Origin: Owenia fusiformis
Taxonomy: Eukaryota
Assembly (NCBI GenBank): GCA_903813345.2
Contig: CAIIXF020000001.1
Coordinates: 42,780,001-42,844,000 of the forward strand
Reading direction: 5' to 3'
Length of the DNA: 64,000 nucleotides
The position numbers and the translations under genes were made by a program. Positions 48,456 to 61,800 of this stretch are shown piece by piece (positions within the stretch are counted from its first letter, which is position 1; each line of letters starts with the position of its first letter). Under the pieces are notes generated by a model. It was not told the DNA's origin and made no database searches. It saw nothing but the letters and a program-made list of their open reading frames with translations.

Positions 48456-51400
48456 TATCTCCTAAAAGGAGAAATCTCTTAGGCTTATAGTCTCCCAAGG
48501 CAGAAGCCTCTCAGGTAAACTACTACTAGCCTCTCTCCAGCAGAAAATTCTCAATCAACTAAGCCTCATTTGGCCCCTCTCCTCCAAGCTAACCTTTTCA
48601 CCTGCCTCATTCAATAGTACTTCAATAGTACTTGCTGGATCTTAGTATTTTATTGCATATTACAGAGTTAAGAACTGTCATATCAGCAATAGATGTACTA
48701 TGCAAATATAGTGAACTTGAAATCTTTTCATCATTTATCTTTAGCAATTTCTATTGCAATTGATATTCTCATCTTAAAGGGTTCAAATACTTAATCATCA
48801 ACCAAATAACAAATAAAGATTGTCTCCGAAAACTTGTTAATGTTATCGCTGTTGGAACTGGCTAAAAGTGTTCATATTGAGAGATGACATGTTTGACAAT
48901 GAGAAACCTTAGGTGGAAATGACAAAATGTTCACATTTGAAGGTGTTCAGTTCTGAGAGGTATTCACATGACAGTTTTTGCTGTGCTTGTTTTTTACTTT
49001 CTCTTTGAGCCCGTTAAAATGCTATATTTGATAACGTGATGATGATTGTTGGAAAATAGTAAGCATAAATAGTAAGAATAAATCAGAAAATAATAAGCAT
49101 AAATATGTACCTGAATAATATATTTTAGTTATTGCTTGTACATGTATTGGCACTTGGCAGATACAGTATACACTTACAACTATAGTCATTTGCATTTTTA
49201 AAAAGTAAAGTTGCAGTTTGCCTTTTGATCTGACAGTTTTTCAATAGAGATTCGATTATTTACATCCGCTGACAATTTGATGAGCTCTTATATTGTGAAG
49301 ATAAACTCCAACCCCTGTTATATCATGTACCAGCTAGTTTATTTTTATTAATCTGTGTACATATTGAAGCTCGGGTCTATTGGTAGAAAAGCTGAAACTA
49401 TAAGCAGATTCCCATTCCTTTACTTTAACTCTTGGTTGCTGAATGTTAATCATTACTTTTTGTAGGGATGATTTATGAGGTTTTAAGAATCAGAGGGTTA
49501 ACTACAGCTGTTACTGATATATCCAATGTTCTGAGCATGGCGTGGTTGTTTTTTGCACAAACCTTATATTTATAAAGATTACAATAATATATTTATAAAG
49601 AATACAATAATCATGTTATTCAAAGATCAAATAATATATACCATCGTTATATCAATAAATGTACCGCAAAATGTGCATTGCTATACTCTTTTGGAAAATT
49701 GCTGACATCAGCATTTTTGGTTCATGATCAAAATATTTCCAGATAGTTAGAAAGGTATGGGCTATCAACATACTTTTGAATACTCAGGACTGTACAGTAT
49801 TTGGAGCAAGAACATGTAACTATTTAAAAGTACAGATGTATGTTTGTTACAACAGATTAGTTCTAGTTACTTAATTACTTCATAGTTCTAACAATCTTGA
49901 AATCCTTTAAGTTCTTACTTAAAAATCAATTTTGGTGCATAGTAAACTAATTTCAATGAATTGAAGTAGGTCTCAGTAAGAACCTGACATATCAAATGAG
50001 TTCTAGTAAGAAAGTCACATTTCTATGGTTATTTTACATTCAGTAGTTTCATCAATGAGAAAGAATCAATAAGCCACGATGTGTAATTGAGTTTACATCT
50101 GAAATAGATGTCAGATTTTCCTATGTTTGACATTTCACTTTTATATAATATTTGGACAAGCGTTTTCCCCTTAACATCTCCTTAATAGTTAATGCCTTTA
50201 TAATGATTCTGTATAATAACTAAGTGAATGCATCAAATCCATTTTTATTCCTTGCTTATTTATTATATTTTTCTAATTTGTATTTTAAAACTTATTTTTC
50301 TGTATAGGTATCGATGCAAGCTGTCAGAATGATGGTAGAAGATTTAACGATTTTGTTCATTGTCTTTGATGTAATTATATTAATGTTGACCACAGAGATA
50401 CCAATAATGACACATATTTCTGTCTATATTAAATTAGATCCTTAATATGGAAGGGATATAATGGGACAGAATGTCTTGGATGTGACAAGGAGAGTGGCTC
50501 AAATCATCAATGGATTTGGCATCATGCTCCATATAAGGGATCCGGGGCGTTAGATGGGGCTAATCTTTTTTCTTAACCAAAACATATTTTGGAAAAATAA
50601 ATCTTAGATCTTTTTGTTTGATATTGACCTTGGAGATTATTAAATTGACAATTATATCAAAATGATAACTCCCTCAGTCAATATCATTGTACTTTGGATT
50701 ACATAAAATCAATAATCTCTCCTTTCCTTTGAATAACCTCTATTATCGTTATCACATTATCCATGTCAGCTCTTTCCTCCTTAGCCCACGTCACAAGGCA
50801 GTGCATAAATGCTATGTGATGTTTTTCACGTTTTTATTTTTCCGCATCATCGTCATGATTAATGCAATCTATCATACATTCATAATGATATCGGGTTACA
50901 TTAGAATAACACTCTGTATCTTTTACCTATGCTTGATTGCCTATGTGTTTCATTGATTAAGACTTATCGTCTGAGAGTTGAGTAAAACCTGCTGGTTTCA
51001 GTGGTTTTACCATTTGTACTTCTGCTATCCTGGAGGCATTCTATTTCAATCAGCCAATCTCTATCATCTCTTGTATATTAGCCATAGAAATCAATTTACA
51101 TCGACGTAAATTACAAAATAAGCATAAACATTAAAAAGAGAAATAAACTCAATAAAAATATGGTGAGTTTCATTCTGATACTCAAAGCATCCCTCTGTTT
51201 CACCTGAAATCTCAGGGCTGAGAAGAAATGAGATGTCAGATGGTTTATCATGATGGGTCAGTATAATTGCAATGAGTTCTTGATTCATGATCTAAGCGTG
51301 GGGGAGGGGGAGGTGTAATAGACACCACACTAATCACCCAATGGCTTAATGAATAAATTATCTCACCTCAAATGATCATAGTTGGTGATGATCACCTATT

Positions 51401-51608
51401 ATTACCACCTTGTCTGGCCAGTTCTAGGGTTTTAGTGCTAGTTTAGAAGGCATTCATTTTACTATATCGACCTGAGCAATATGTGACGTCATAGTGGCGG
51501 TCAATACAGCTGGTCGAGAATGCAATTCTTGACTGGCAATTTTCCCCGGGAAATTAGATATCGTTCAGTGCGAAAGATTTTCTTGCTGTTTCAGTCCTGG
51601 TCAATACC

Positions 51609-52129
51609 AATAACGTCATTTCTGCGGGCAATATAGTGAAATATTGGACCTTGGGCCTTCAGCCCTCAGTCCAATATTTCACTTTATTATATCACTATTG
51701 GTCAAAACCGGGTCACATGTCGTGGGATATCTGGCGATATTCAATGGCAATGCTAATCAGATAAGACAACCGTGAGATATCTAGCGATATCCCACGCTCC
51801 CGGGATTTTTCAAAGAATTTGTTTTCGTTCAGTGTAAATAATTTAGTTCAGTGTAAGTCAAAATGGCAGACGAACCGAGTAAGCCCGAGTAGATTCAATG
51901 TATTTCAATGTTAACCTATGACTTAATAATATTAGGGATGTTTAGCTAGACAGTGATATAATGAAACAAATATTTCACTCTATTTTCGGTGAATACCTGA
52001 AGCACTTTCACAAGGTGATATTCCACTTGCCCTTCGGGCTTCGTGGAATATCACTTGTGAAAGATGTACAGGTATTCACCTCAATAGAGTGAAATATTTG
52101 TTCAATATTGCCCTTCGAAATGACGTTAT
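51609..52129. mobile_element. Element with terminal inverted repeats and large internal palindromes
   Basis: AATAACGTCATTT...GGGCAATAT / ATATTGCCC...AAATGACGTTATT termini; hairpins at ~51636-51682 and ~51965-52102, the latter centred on GCCCTTCGGGC. Confidence 0.7.
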
Positions 52130-52567
52130 TGTACTATTATATTAACAAACCACATCCCCGTCCAAGTTAGAATTTATAGGTATTGTTAAATTGTATTCTC
52201 AGAATTAATGTTCAATTTCGAATACAATTGCAAAATTTGATCTTATCAGTTGTAATAACCCAATGCTTTCTGGTAACTGTTTCTTGAAGAATGTTGGATG
52301 ATGGCTGGTTCATTTGATCTCCTGGAATGATTTATTGGGTTCATTTAAGTTGAGCTATAATATATATTTACATTATTAACATTTGTTTATTAATCTGTGA
52401 CCTTTCTGTGGTGATTGGTGATCTCCTTTTCTTGCAGCCTATGTTTTAAACTATTAGTGTTACGTATAATACCAGTGTCCAGGCATGGTTCCCTTCAGGG
52501 TATGGTTGAATGAGTTGATACCTCTTTAAATATATTAATCCCCATATATTCCATATACAGGATATAT

Positions 52568-54116
52568 TTTTATCGTACCTAACAAAAGGTACGATATTGT
52601 AGTCAGCTTGACAGGCGGCGGGCGGGTGGGTGGGCGGGCGGCGTCTCACTTTTCAGCTTGTCTACAGGTTTCCAGCCAAACCATTTGAGGGATTCATCTG
52701 AAATTTTCAGGGATGTTTCTACATATCAACGTCAAGAACTGATTAGTTTTTGGGCATTCTGGGTAAATCTTAAGGTGGCCATTTTGGATTTTCCGTCCTA
52801 AAATCTTCACTTTCAAGACTTGTCTACAGGTTTCCAGCCAAAGCATTTGAGGGATTCATCTGAAATTTTCAGGGATGTTTCTACATATCAACGTCAAGAA
52901 CTGATTAGTTTTTGGGCATTCTGGGTAAATCTTAAGGTGGCCATTTTGGATTTTCCGTCCTAAAATCTTCACTTTCAAGACTTGTCTACAGGTTTCCAGC
53001 CAAAGCATTTGAGGGATTCATCTGAAATTTTCAGGGATGTTTCTACATATCAACGTCAAGAACTGATTAGTTTTTGGGCATTCTGGGTAAATCTTAAGGT
53101 GGCCATTTTGGATTTTCCGTCCTAAAATCTTCACTTTCAAGACTTGTCTACAGGTTTCCAGCCAAACCATTTGAGGGATTCATCTGAAATTTTCAGGGAT
53201 GTTTCTACATATCAACGTCAAGAACTGATTAGTTTTTGGGCATTCTGGGTAAATCTTAAGGTGGCCATTTTGGATTTTCCGTCCTAAAATCTTCACTTTC
53301 AAGACTTGTCTACAGGTTTCCAGCCAAACCATTTGAGGGATTCATCTGAAATTTTCAGGGATGTTTCTACATATCAACGTCAAGAACTGATTAGTTTTTG
53401 GGCATTCTGGGTAAATCTTAAGGTGGCCATTTTGGATTTTCCGTCCTAAAATCTTCACTTTCAAGACTTGTCTACAGGTTTCCAGCCAAAGCATTTGAGG
53501 GATTCATCTGAAATTTTCAGGGATGTTTCTACATATCAACGTCAAGAACTGATTAGTTTTTGGGCATTCTGGGTAAATCTTAAGGTGGCCATTTTGGATT
53601 TTCCGTCCTAAAATCTTCACTTTCAAGACTTGTCTACAGGTTTCCAGCCAAACCATTTGAGGGATTCATCTGAAATTTTCAGGGATGTTTCTACATATCA
53701 ACGTCAAGAACTGATTAGTTTTTGGGCATTCTTGGTAAATCTTAAGGTGGCCATTTTGGATTTTCTGTCCTAAAATCTTCACTTTCAAGACTTGTCTACA
53801 TGTTTCCAGCCAAACCATTTGAGGGATTCATCTGGAATTTTCAGGGATATTTCTACATATCAACGTCAAGAACTGATTAGTTTTTGGGCATTCTGGGTAA
53901 ATCTTAAGGTGGCCATTTTGGATTTTCCGTCCTAAAATCTTCTCTTTCAAGACTTGTCTACAGGTTTCCAGCCAAACCATTCAAATTTTTACATATGTTA
54001 CACAGTGATAAGTTCTAGAGCTGATTAACTTTTCTGCGGCCATCTTGCTTTCTTGGTCAACAAGACCTCAATGCTGTGTTTTAGGTACGATATTGTTCAT
54101 GTCTGTGCCTTGTTTT
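52568..54116 (+). mobile_element. HINE/Helentron-like element carrying a 162-bp satellite array (8 full units from 52657, plus a partial unit)
   Basis: SubTIR TATCGTACCTAA (52571) / TTAGGTACGATA (54081), 5' palindrome, (GGCG/GGTG)n microsatellite and T-rich ends. Unit starts at 52657, 52819, 52981, 53143, 53305, 53467, 53629, 53791 and 53953. Confidence 0.88.
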
Positions 54117-54479
54117 ATTTACTCTTTTAGACATCATAGCATGACATATTACTATGGTACTATGTATTCCTTGACTGAAATACCTTGATGGAATGATTCT
54201 GAGGTCCCTGCTTTCTATTAGTCCCTTATGGCACTTTTCAAGGTAGAAGTGGAGGATTTGAGGAGTAAGTTATCTTAACCTCTTCCTGGTTTAGGCTTGC
54301 TTTTATATTATCTCTGGGTGTTTGATGACCCTGTTGATTGTCATAGCAATTTGTTGTTTTGACTTAGGGCTAAGTTGTTTCTCTTGGTATCCTAGGTGCT
54401 GTTAAATATTAAACATACAAAAGATACATCTTCAATATAAGAAAAGATTCTTCAAGTGTTCATGGCAGATTTGAGTATT

Positions 54480-55460
54480 ATGGAAACATCTAAATATATA
54501 GAATCCCTACCAAAACTTAATAATCATGTAAATGATGAACTTCATGCGAGGGCTTTTCCCATCTCAACAACATAATACATGTAATAGGTGTGGTTGAACT
54601 AAGAGCATACCACAGCCTTCAACAGCTCTCTGTAATGCTGCAAAAATAACCTTGTACTGTGGAATCCTGCCAATATGAGCACAAGTACTCTCTGAGCTGC
54701 CTAGAAATTGTTTGTTAATATTCAACACAGTCTTCTCCTGGAATTTACTGATCGTTTCCATGTTTACCAATTGTATCTAAATTAGGAATTTTATACAAAG
54801 CTTAAGGTAAGTCCTATTAGTTTATTTATGATGGCGTTGCTCACTAATCTGGAATGGTCAGATTTGTTTAAATTATTAGTGATTGGTAATTAGTGATCAG
54901 TTTTCTGGATTATCCAATATTATGCTTGCTATTGTGCTAAATTCAATCAAAGATCATATTATATACAATGTAATCATTAGTGTTATTCCAGTTAGGTCAA
55001 TATCTATTGATTTATTTTGTATGTAAGTTCATGGAGAGAGTCATCTTTTAGAAATACAACTAGTCCCTGGGCCTTTTTGTAGTTTACAATATTCTTAGTA
55101 TGCACATCTTTTTCAGTGTTAACTTTTGTTTGTTCCATATATTTCATAATGTGTGGACAATGGTTTTTCAGATTTGTAATATTTTCTATCTAAGTTACAA
55201 AATAAGATTTGTACAGCTCAGAAAAGTCATAATAAAAAACTGCTCAATCTTTTTTTCAAAGTTAGTAAAATGCAGTTTTGTACCTAGCCTAGAACCATTT
55301 TCCTTGATCACTGATTCTGCTCTGAAAGTTGTAAGCATCAATCAAGTCATCTTGTTGATTGAGATTAGGGAGATCAGGATGTCATCATCAGCAACACATT
55401 CCATGAGGATTGTGGAAGGTAATGAGAGTTGGCAGTCAGACAGTCTTCTACACATGGTTG
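54480..55460 (-). mobile_element. Highly decayed non-LTR retrotransposon (RTE-like) reverse-transcriptase remnant
   Basis: Minus-strand fragments RRLSDCQLSLPSTILMECVADDDILIS (cf. RQGC.LSP...FADD) and AHIGR...LQRAVEG (cf. GHV.R...LQGTVEG) occur in the expected order, with stops. Similar weak remnants at ~45600-45900 (+) and ~56630-56880 (-). Confidence 0.35.
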
Positions 55461-57518
55461 ATTAGATTAGGGGTAAATACAGTGTTACCTGTTTTGTGTC
55501 CATATTGTGAACATATTACCAGTGAGTAGGCATTAACATAGTTCGAGTCTTGTATTGAGTCTCTGAATACTCCAATCAACAGTACTAACCAACCTTGTAC
55601 GGATGAAAAGTATAAGGGGAGGGCACAAGGGCTTGAAGCAAGACTACATAGTTCCTAAGATGTATATTTTTTTGATTTCAGAAAAATCATGTAAAGATTG
55701 CTGCATCTTTTCCACTGATTTCAATGTTTTGAAGTATGTTTTTAATGAGAATCTTGAGGATATCCTAAAAAACACAGTTGGTTTGGACTTTGTTTTTGAA
55801 ATGTAAGCCAGTCCCATATTGGGTTCATATATTTTTAGTGGTCCTCTTGTTTGTTATATACATCAGATGTAATTAACTGAATCTTGGCCTTTATGTAAAG
55901 CATTCAAAATGAGGCGGATCGTTTATATCAATACATCTACAGAGAGTACTCCATCTTCTTTCAAATATTTGAACCCTCAAATCAGCAAAATGTCTCAACG
56001 AGCACTGATTAGTACATGCTGTCCAAGCTATATGCCATTTCAAGTCTTAAATGCGCAAATCATATGAATGATTGTATATGGAGAAGGCTGCTGTCTTATG
56101 TTAACTGCACCAACATGGGGAATAGCAACTATTTTGATAGCCCCATAGATCATGTCTACCTTATCTATATAACCAGCAAGCTTGGTACTATCACTAAAAC
56201 ACAACCTTGAAATCTGATGTATTGATATCCAGGGAGCAGAATTTGAAATGGAGAAATACAAATTCTTTAGTGATATTAAGGATGGAGCGTTATCCTAGTT
56301 TATAACTGTTCTTTGAAATTAAATAATTTTGAAATGATAAATCATTTTTATATCCCAATAGAATTTGTCTGTCTAGACCTTAAGGTAATGACTTGTAAAA
56401 GGAGAAAACTAAGTTATTACTTCTCAATCATTAATATACTGCTGTATTGTATCCTTTATTACCATTATAATGTCATATTTTTAGTTGAACATTTCCAAAG
56501 ATTCTATCATAAGAAGTAGAAGACATGTGATATTTTCTATGAACTTGAATTATGTTCTTGTATGTACTGTATATGTTTTTTCCTGCCCCATGTCTAGGCT
56601 GATACTAACATACATTGCCATTAATCTTATAAGAGACCATGTTGCCCCAAAATGTAATATGTAGATTCAGATTGGTGGATTGATCTCATCTACAAACCAA
56701 ACTCATAAAAATGTATTTCATCTGGCCTCAATAGACCTGAATCTGGGAATGGCATCTCACTTGTCTCCTCATCAACATACTGGTTTCTAAGCATTCTAAA
56801 ATGTTTCTATCTTGTTTAACAGTTGAAGCTGCTTTGATTGCATTCTTAATACGGATTTGAGGATGTACTTGCCAGAAAGCAAAGGATTAGATGAACTCTC
56901 TATAGAGATATACGTTGGTCAGTTCAATAGATAGATGCAGTTACTTTCAATAAGCTGCAGATGTAATATTCTGTAAGCATTACTGCACTTTAGCAATGTC
57001 AGAATTATTGACCTATTTATATCTAACCTTAGAATCCCTTCATCGTGATATTAATGCAAAACAGAAAGAAGTGATGAATATCAGAATGTAATTCCTAATA
57101 TGGTTTGTCCTGATATTAAACAATGGTTATTCCCCTTTTCGAGAGTGTCATCCCTATGGTATGTTTCTTATATTGAAAAATGGTTATTACCCTTGTAATC
57201 CCTAATATGGTAAGTTTCTTATATTGAACAATTGTTATGACCCTATGTGAAAAAATTAATTAGTAAAACCTTCAAAAGGTGTTCTACTTGGGGGTGCTTT
57301 ACTTCTAAGGGTAATTTTTACATGCAGTAAATAGTAACTGGACATTGAAGTGTTTCTATTATGGAAGTATTCTACTTATGAGGTGTTTTACATTTAGAGG
57401 TTTGCAGGTTTACTGTGTTTGCATCTGTTGATGAACCTTTCTGGATGGTATGTGCCAGCAGAAAGGAATGTAGCAACTAGCAATGGGGATGAAATATGGT
57501 GTGTGTAGAATCATATAC

Positions 57519-57704
57519 CATGGGCGTAGCGCTATTTTTCTAAGTAGTACGCCACCACCACGGGAACAAGAGTTGAGAGAATCAAAAAACGAGAATTTAG
57601 GGGGGTCTTTATGAAAAAATTTTGAAATTTGGTTGTATTTGGAGCGAATTTGCAACCATCTGGTACGCCTGTGTGTACCCAGCGTACCGGGCGCTACGCC
57701 CATG
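57519..57704. mobile_element. Short MITE with 14-bp TIR
   Basis: TATAC|CATGGGCGTAGCGC ... GCGCTACGCCCATG|TATAC. Confidence 0.75.
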
Positions 57705-58810
57705 TATACATGTATTAAATAGCCTGACTTAGAGGCTTTTTAGGAAACAAAACGAAACTGTAAATTAAATGGCTATGTATCACATGACCTAAGTAGACAA
57801 TATCAGGCAAGGGATCTCAGGATAACATGTGATTCAACCTCTCATATATCCATTTATATGCAGATATATCTTGCTTATTCCAAGATTCCTCGTCCAGTAA
57901 AACTATTTGTGTAACTTCAAGCAGGTATTCCTATTATCGCCACTGCACAATGTATTAACCATAGTGGTAACCATCCTCCGAACACAGGCCTCCAGAACTC
58001 GTACCTCCTTCTTCAAGAAAGAAGGAACTTTGAGGATGAGTGGTAACATGGCAAGGTAACTGCCCTTGATTGGAACCATATTCTCACTGAATGAAAGCCA
58101 ATTCTCAATCAAGCAGGTGATCAATTAGACTTGTTGAGATAACGGCTGTAATTACAAAATCACCTTGTTTTGGGTGGGGGGGGGGTAGACCATTCTGATT
58201 TATCAGAGTCCCTCTTTACCTAACGCTTTTGAGAGATTTCCAAAAGGATAGTAAAGGCTGTGGATCCCACAATGGGGGCAGACCAACATCACAGAATCAT
58301 TCAGTTTGTCTTTCACTTTAGTCGATCCACACCGTTAGGACTTGAATCTGGACCATTTAATAATGTGCCAAATACTTCTCCTTGCTTCTTCAGCTTTTGA
58401 CATAACATTTTCTAAACAGAAGGGATGGCACATTTTTCATCATCATAATATTCCTAATGTTGGGATCAAAACGTCATCCATTTTTCATTTTTCCAAATAC
58501 AGATGGAGGAATAGAGTGGAAGATGCTTATAAATTCTTTCATGGAGCCCTGGATTTGGAGGACGACTTGATTCAGACATTTTAGCATGATTAGTAATATC
58601 AAACCCAAGATAGATTGGATTCCCATTACAGTACAAGACTTTGTATTCACTACCTTCCTGTATTTTCTCACATATCATTGTATTGTAGCTTCTCACAATG
58701 TAATTTCATTAGTTTGCCATTAACTACTTATTTGATGGTTAAAATGTGCCTTTAGTAGCACATTTTGCTTGAAAAATATTGTTAACCTTTTTAGCATAAC
58801 CTTGCTGATC

Positions 58811-58883
58811 AATGTTGGATAGTCAAGGAAAATGTTGGATTTGGATAGTCAAGGAAAATGTTGGATAGTCAAGGCAAATGTTG
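58811..58883. repeat. Short tandem repeat AATGTTGGATAGTCAAGGAA, ~3 copies
   Basis: Directly visible. Confidence 0.8.
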
Positions 58884-61800
58884 ACTTATTGTTTCTTGAG
58901 TTTCTGTTTCTATAGTATAGACTTTTGTGGATGGTGTTCGGCATTTGGCATCTGGCGGTCAGCAATCAGAGTTTTGCATCTGTAGGAAATGGCAGGGGGT
59001 GATATGTTGCATGTTAATGCCTTGTTAGACTTGTAAAAGCAGTAAATAGAAGACAAAATATGAGACAAACAGAATTAGTGCTAAAAACATCTATTAATTC
59101 ACTTCCACTTTCATTTATGCATTTTGATCACATTTGTGCCTCTTACTTAAGAAATCACATCATATTAATGATACCTTCTTTCTCAGATAAGCTATGAATT
59201 ATGTAACTAGGCATGGCAATGAAACTAGGGTGTATATCATACACAATTCTGCTTAGAACTGTCTGGGAAAGAGGGTTGTTAATCTTTAGTTGAACCTTAG
59301 GGCCATAGATCACTCTATTATTACCTTATTGCAGTAAGAAACTCGGTTAATGTTTTTTATTATGATCTTCAGAGCAAATAAGGGAAGAATTTGTACAGCA
59401 TTAGACTCTTTTTTGAGACATTGACATCTCATGATACATGAAATGTAACAAGTAGTTGTAGCAGGATTTAATAACTGTAGCTTCTGTAGAATACCTGGGA
59501 CTCAAGTCCCCCTTAATATCATCTGGAAAATAGTAGATATTCCTTTTTTTAAGAAATTTGCTTTTGAGAATTATGAGAGTATTATTAGCATTGTTTATTC
59601 AAAATTGGTATAATTGGCATTTAAATATCAGTATTTTGGGGGAAAGTTAGCATTTTTTTAAATCAGTTTGTTTTGTTGACAAAAATTTGAGCACCATCCT
59701 GTGCTGGAAGCTGGTAATATTATGCGTTTTCTCTTTTGGGAAAAACTTCTATCTACAAACAAATCAAACCCTGCAAGTCTGAAGAAAATCAAGGTGGTCC
59801 ATGAATGGAAATATAAACATACATCAACCAGTTTTTGAAATACAGATATGATACCATATGATTTTGTATGTCAGTTGTTTTATTGCATTGGCAGAATTAC
59901 CTAATGAAAACTGACATTTAGAGAAATGAATGTCATGACCAGAAAATTACATAAAAAGTTAATATGAACGTAGAGTCTAAATTCTTGTTTTATTTTATGT
60001 TGCAACTAAATGTTTTTACTCTGAAGAGAAATTTAGCAAATCGGAGCATCAGCAAAACTGTTAATTGCATCGCTTAGATCTTTAATTATCTGAATTAGCT
60101 TTTCCTATTTGATGTGTAAAGTAATTTGTCACGTTTAAGGTGACATAGTAATTTGATGTTTTAGTGGTACAAATTGAATGTTTGATTGTAATTAGACTTA
60201 ATATAGAATGGTTAGATGCTGAAATCCACATGAACTGAAATCAATATACATATGTGTTTGTAATATCAATATGTGATATACAAACGGCATTGCAATTGCG
60301 AAGGATGTTGGTAAGATTATTTTGAACTATTACTAGCTTAATATTGTAATTCTAAAAATTAGATTTGAACAAATAGATTGTATTATTGATTCCGAAATAA
60401 CTGTCTATGGTATTTTAACGTACAGGGGCATTGTGACTTAACAGAATTGAAAACTCAGATGATAATCAAGAAGACAGAACAGAGCGACTAATCCATGAAA
60501 TATTTATTGTCTAGAGAAAATTCATTTGACCTTGAATGACCTTGAGTAAGATAGAATTAATACCTGAGCTTGAAATTGCATTTTTAAAGGTAAAGTTCAC
60601 CTTCCTACCAGGCAAAAAAGGTGATTAATTGCTTGCCACCTGGAGAAGGCACCAACAGCCTTCAAAACATACATCCCTCTGGTTAAATAACAAGAAGATT
60701 ATGTTTAAATGTGTTATATATTGTAGAATATGTGGAGAATAATATTAGATAGATCGAGCATCTTGGCTTAAATATACAAAAGTAAGATATTGCATTCTCT
60801 AAATTTTTTCGCAGTACTGTCATGGTACATTAGTTCAATGAGAATTACTTTTATACATTGGTTAATTACAAATATGCCCTAGACGAAAATAACCATAAAT
60901 ATTAATTTTTCTTTTCGATTTTGTAGCACACAGTGATATGAACTTGACTTTTCGTTTTCTTCATTGTATATATGTAATTCTGGGTTGAACAATTTGTTTG
61001 GTCTAGAAGGGGCACGATTCATTGATCGTGATGAATCTCTTTTGAACATGTCCCTTTGAAATTTATTCTCGTCTCGTTTGACATTGATATAGATGGATTC
61101 ATAAATCCAAAGATAAAGTTTGTTCTAAACGATACATTTGTACACATTTCCACTAATTTAATGCTTAGAATAACGTACTAGAATGTTTTTTATCTCATTT
61201 GAATAGACTAATAATGGCCCTTTGTTTTGTTATAAAGGTCTATTGATTCCACTAGAAGATCTTCACTTTTTAATGACAAATGACTGTATAAACAAGTAGA
61301 TTCAACTCAATTCAATTGATATGAATATGATATGTCTAACTGTATAGAAAATGTAATATTGTCAATGTTGTTTCGCAAACTCTCGTCATGTTTTCAAAAT
61401 TCAGGATTCGGTGTCAAACTGACATGGTACTGTGAGGCAACATCCATGTTTAAATGTCTATGTTTAAGTACGTGAGTTTCATCTACAAGTGATTTCCTCT
61501 GTTCAAAGTCTATAGTGGTATGGTGAAATCTGTGCATTTTAGTAACATGGATGAAAATGCGAACCCCCTCAGGTAAGAGGCTTTGTGTTTATATATAGCT
61601 CGTAACTAGTAGATAGGAACTTGTATGATGATTCTGCAAAACCTTCTTATTAAACTTAACACGCTCATCGGCTAGAAAACATAGATTGGAAACGACATGA
61701 TGCAATTTGTGGTAGCACATTTGCTATGGTAAATCACAAGTCAAAATCCATTTTTACCATTAAGAATTGCTCGCCTTTGATAATTCACTCGTGTTCTATA

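Noticed and set aside
57900..58700. Cluster of short ORFs, one with NPIYLGFDI reminiscent of a LINE YLG motif
   Set aside because: No continuous frame, convincing domain or splice-consistent exon chain; at most a decayed retroelement.
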